Source of the DNA: Candidatus Hydrogenedentota bacterium
GTDB taxonomy: Bacteria; Hydrogenedentota; Hydrogenedentia; Hydrogenedentales; JAEUWI01
Assembly: GCA_034669905.1 (NCBI GenBank)
Contig: JAXMOL010000053.1
Location: 1 to 50,763, forward strand
Length of the DNA: 50,763 bases
Reading direction: 5' to 3'
The translations under genes and the position numbers were made by a program. A model generated the notes under the pieces. It ran no database searches. It worked only from the letters and a program-made list of their open reading frames with translations, and had not been told where the DNA came from. Of this stretch, positions 50,405 to 50,763 are shown in pieces (positions within the stretch are counted from its first letter, which is position 1; each line of letters opens with the position of its first letter).

Positions 50405-50763
50405 TTATGCGCTCAGGGCCGAGACGGCCTGCGCGCTGGCAATCACGGTAGCGTCCTGTGTAACAGGTGCCGCGTCTGCATTGCCCTGAATGGCGATGAT
50501 TCCACCCACTACCGCGTCAGCCGTGCCACGGGTCAATACAGCCCGTGCATACCGACGAAGCGGGTAGGTGAGTTCCACGGCCAGCAGCTTGGAATCTGCA
50601 TCGGATGCGCCCGCGGTAAACGTCGTGGTCGCCGTCGTGGCTGCCATGTCGGAGCCGTCGCTTTCGTCGCCGTGGTGAATGGTGAGGGTCAACACGCTGG
50701 TGTCGGTGACGTCACCCAGGAGGGCGAGAAACGTCACCGTATCGAAGCCCTTCATGTCCAGCG
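50405..50763 (-). CDS. Phage capsid cement/decoration-like protein (Bbp16-like), 5'-truncated
   Basis: Frame is open to the window edge: LDMKGFDTVTF...IHHGDESDGSD...RRYARAVLT, a pattern typical of small beta-sandwich genes that follow major capsid genes. Confidence 0.55.
   Translation of the reverse strand, partial: LDMKGFDTVTFLALLGDVTDTSVLTLTIHHGDESDGSDMAATTATTTFTAGASDADSKLLAVELTYPLRRYARAVLTRGTADAVVGGIIAIQGNADAAPVTQDATVIASAQAVSALSA

Larger units (their letters stand above)
49691..50763. mobile_element. Probable end of a prophage or phage-related island at tRNA-Leu (continues beyond the window)
   Basis: Short ORFans and a phage head-decoration-like gene directly 3' of a tRNA; no integrase or second att copy is visible. 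Confidence 0.55.

Overview
A GC-rich bacterial chromosomal segment. The (Gly-Glu)n linker plus EF-hand plus 'GC...DWxLLG-TM-R' tail at the start suggests Candidatus Hydrogenedentes, but this is an inference. Most of the window encodes secreted carbohydrate- and sulfate-active proteins: two sulfatases, a GH97, two Asp-box/sialidase-like proteins, a beta-helix protein and two paralogous ~770-aa hypothetical hydrolases. Housekeeping genes include pyrF-pyrE, fabA, acylphosphatase, a NagD-like HAD, a NatAB-like ABC system and glutathione peroxidase. There is also a RES-Xre toxin-antitoxin pair, an SBP plus two-kinase signalling module, MarR-SDR, and tRNA-Leu(CAA) followed by phage-like genes at the right edge. 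Most unusual observations: (1) an ankyrin gene bracketed by 148-bp direct repeats that duplicate the 3' end of the upstream gene; (2) an intact GH4 ORF whose catalytic and cofactor-binding residues are replaced; (3) a consensus sigma-54 promoter followed by a ~270-nt three-hairpin leader; (4) a phage head-decoration-like gene very close to the tRNA, with no integrase or tail genes on this side; (5) several intergenic repeat and palindrome families. No CRISPR array, rRNA, integrase, transposase or reverse transcriptase was seen. All family calls come from motif recognition by eye; no database search was run.
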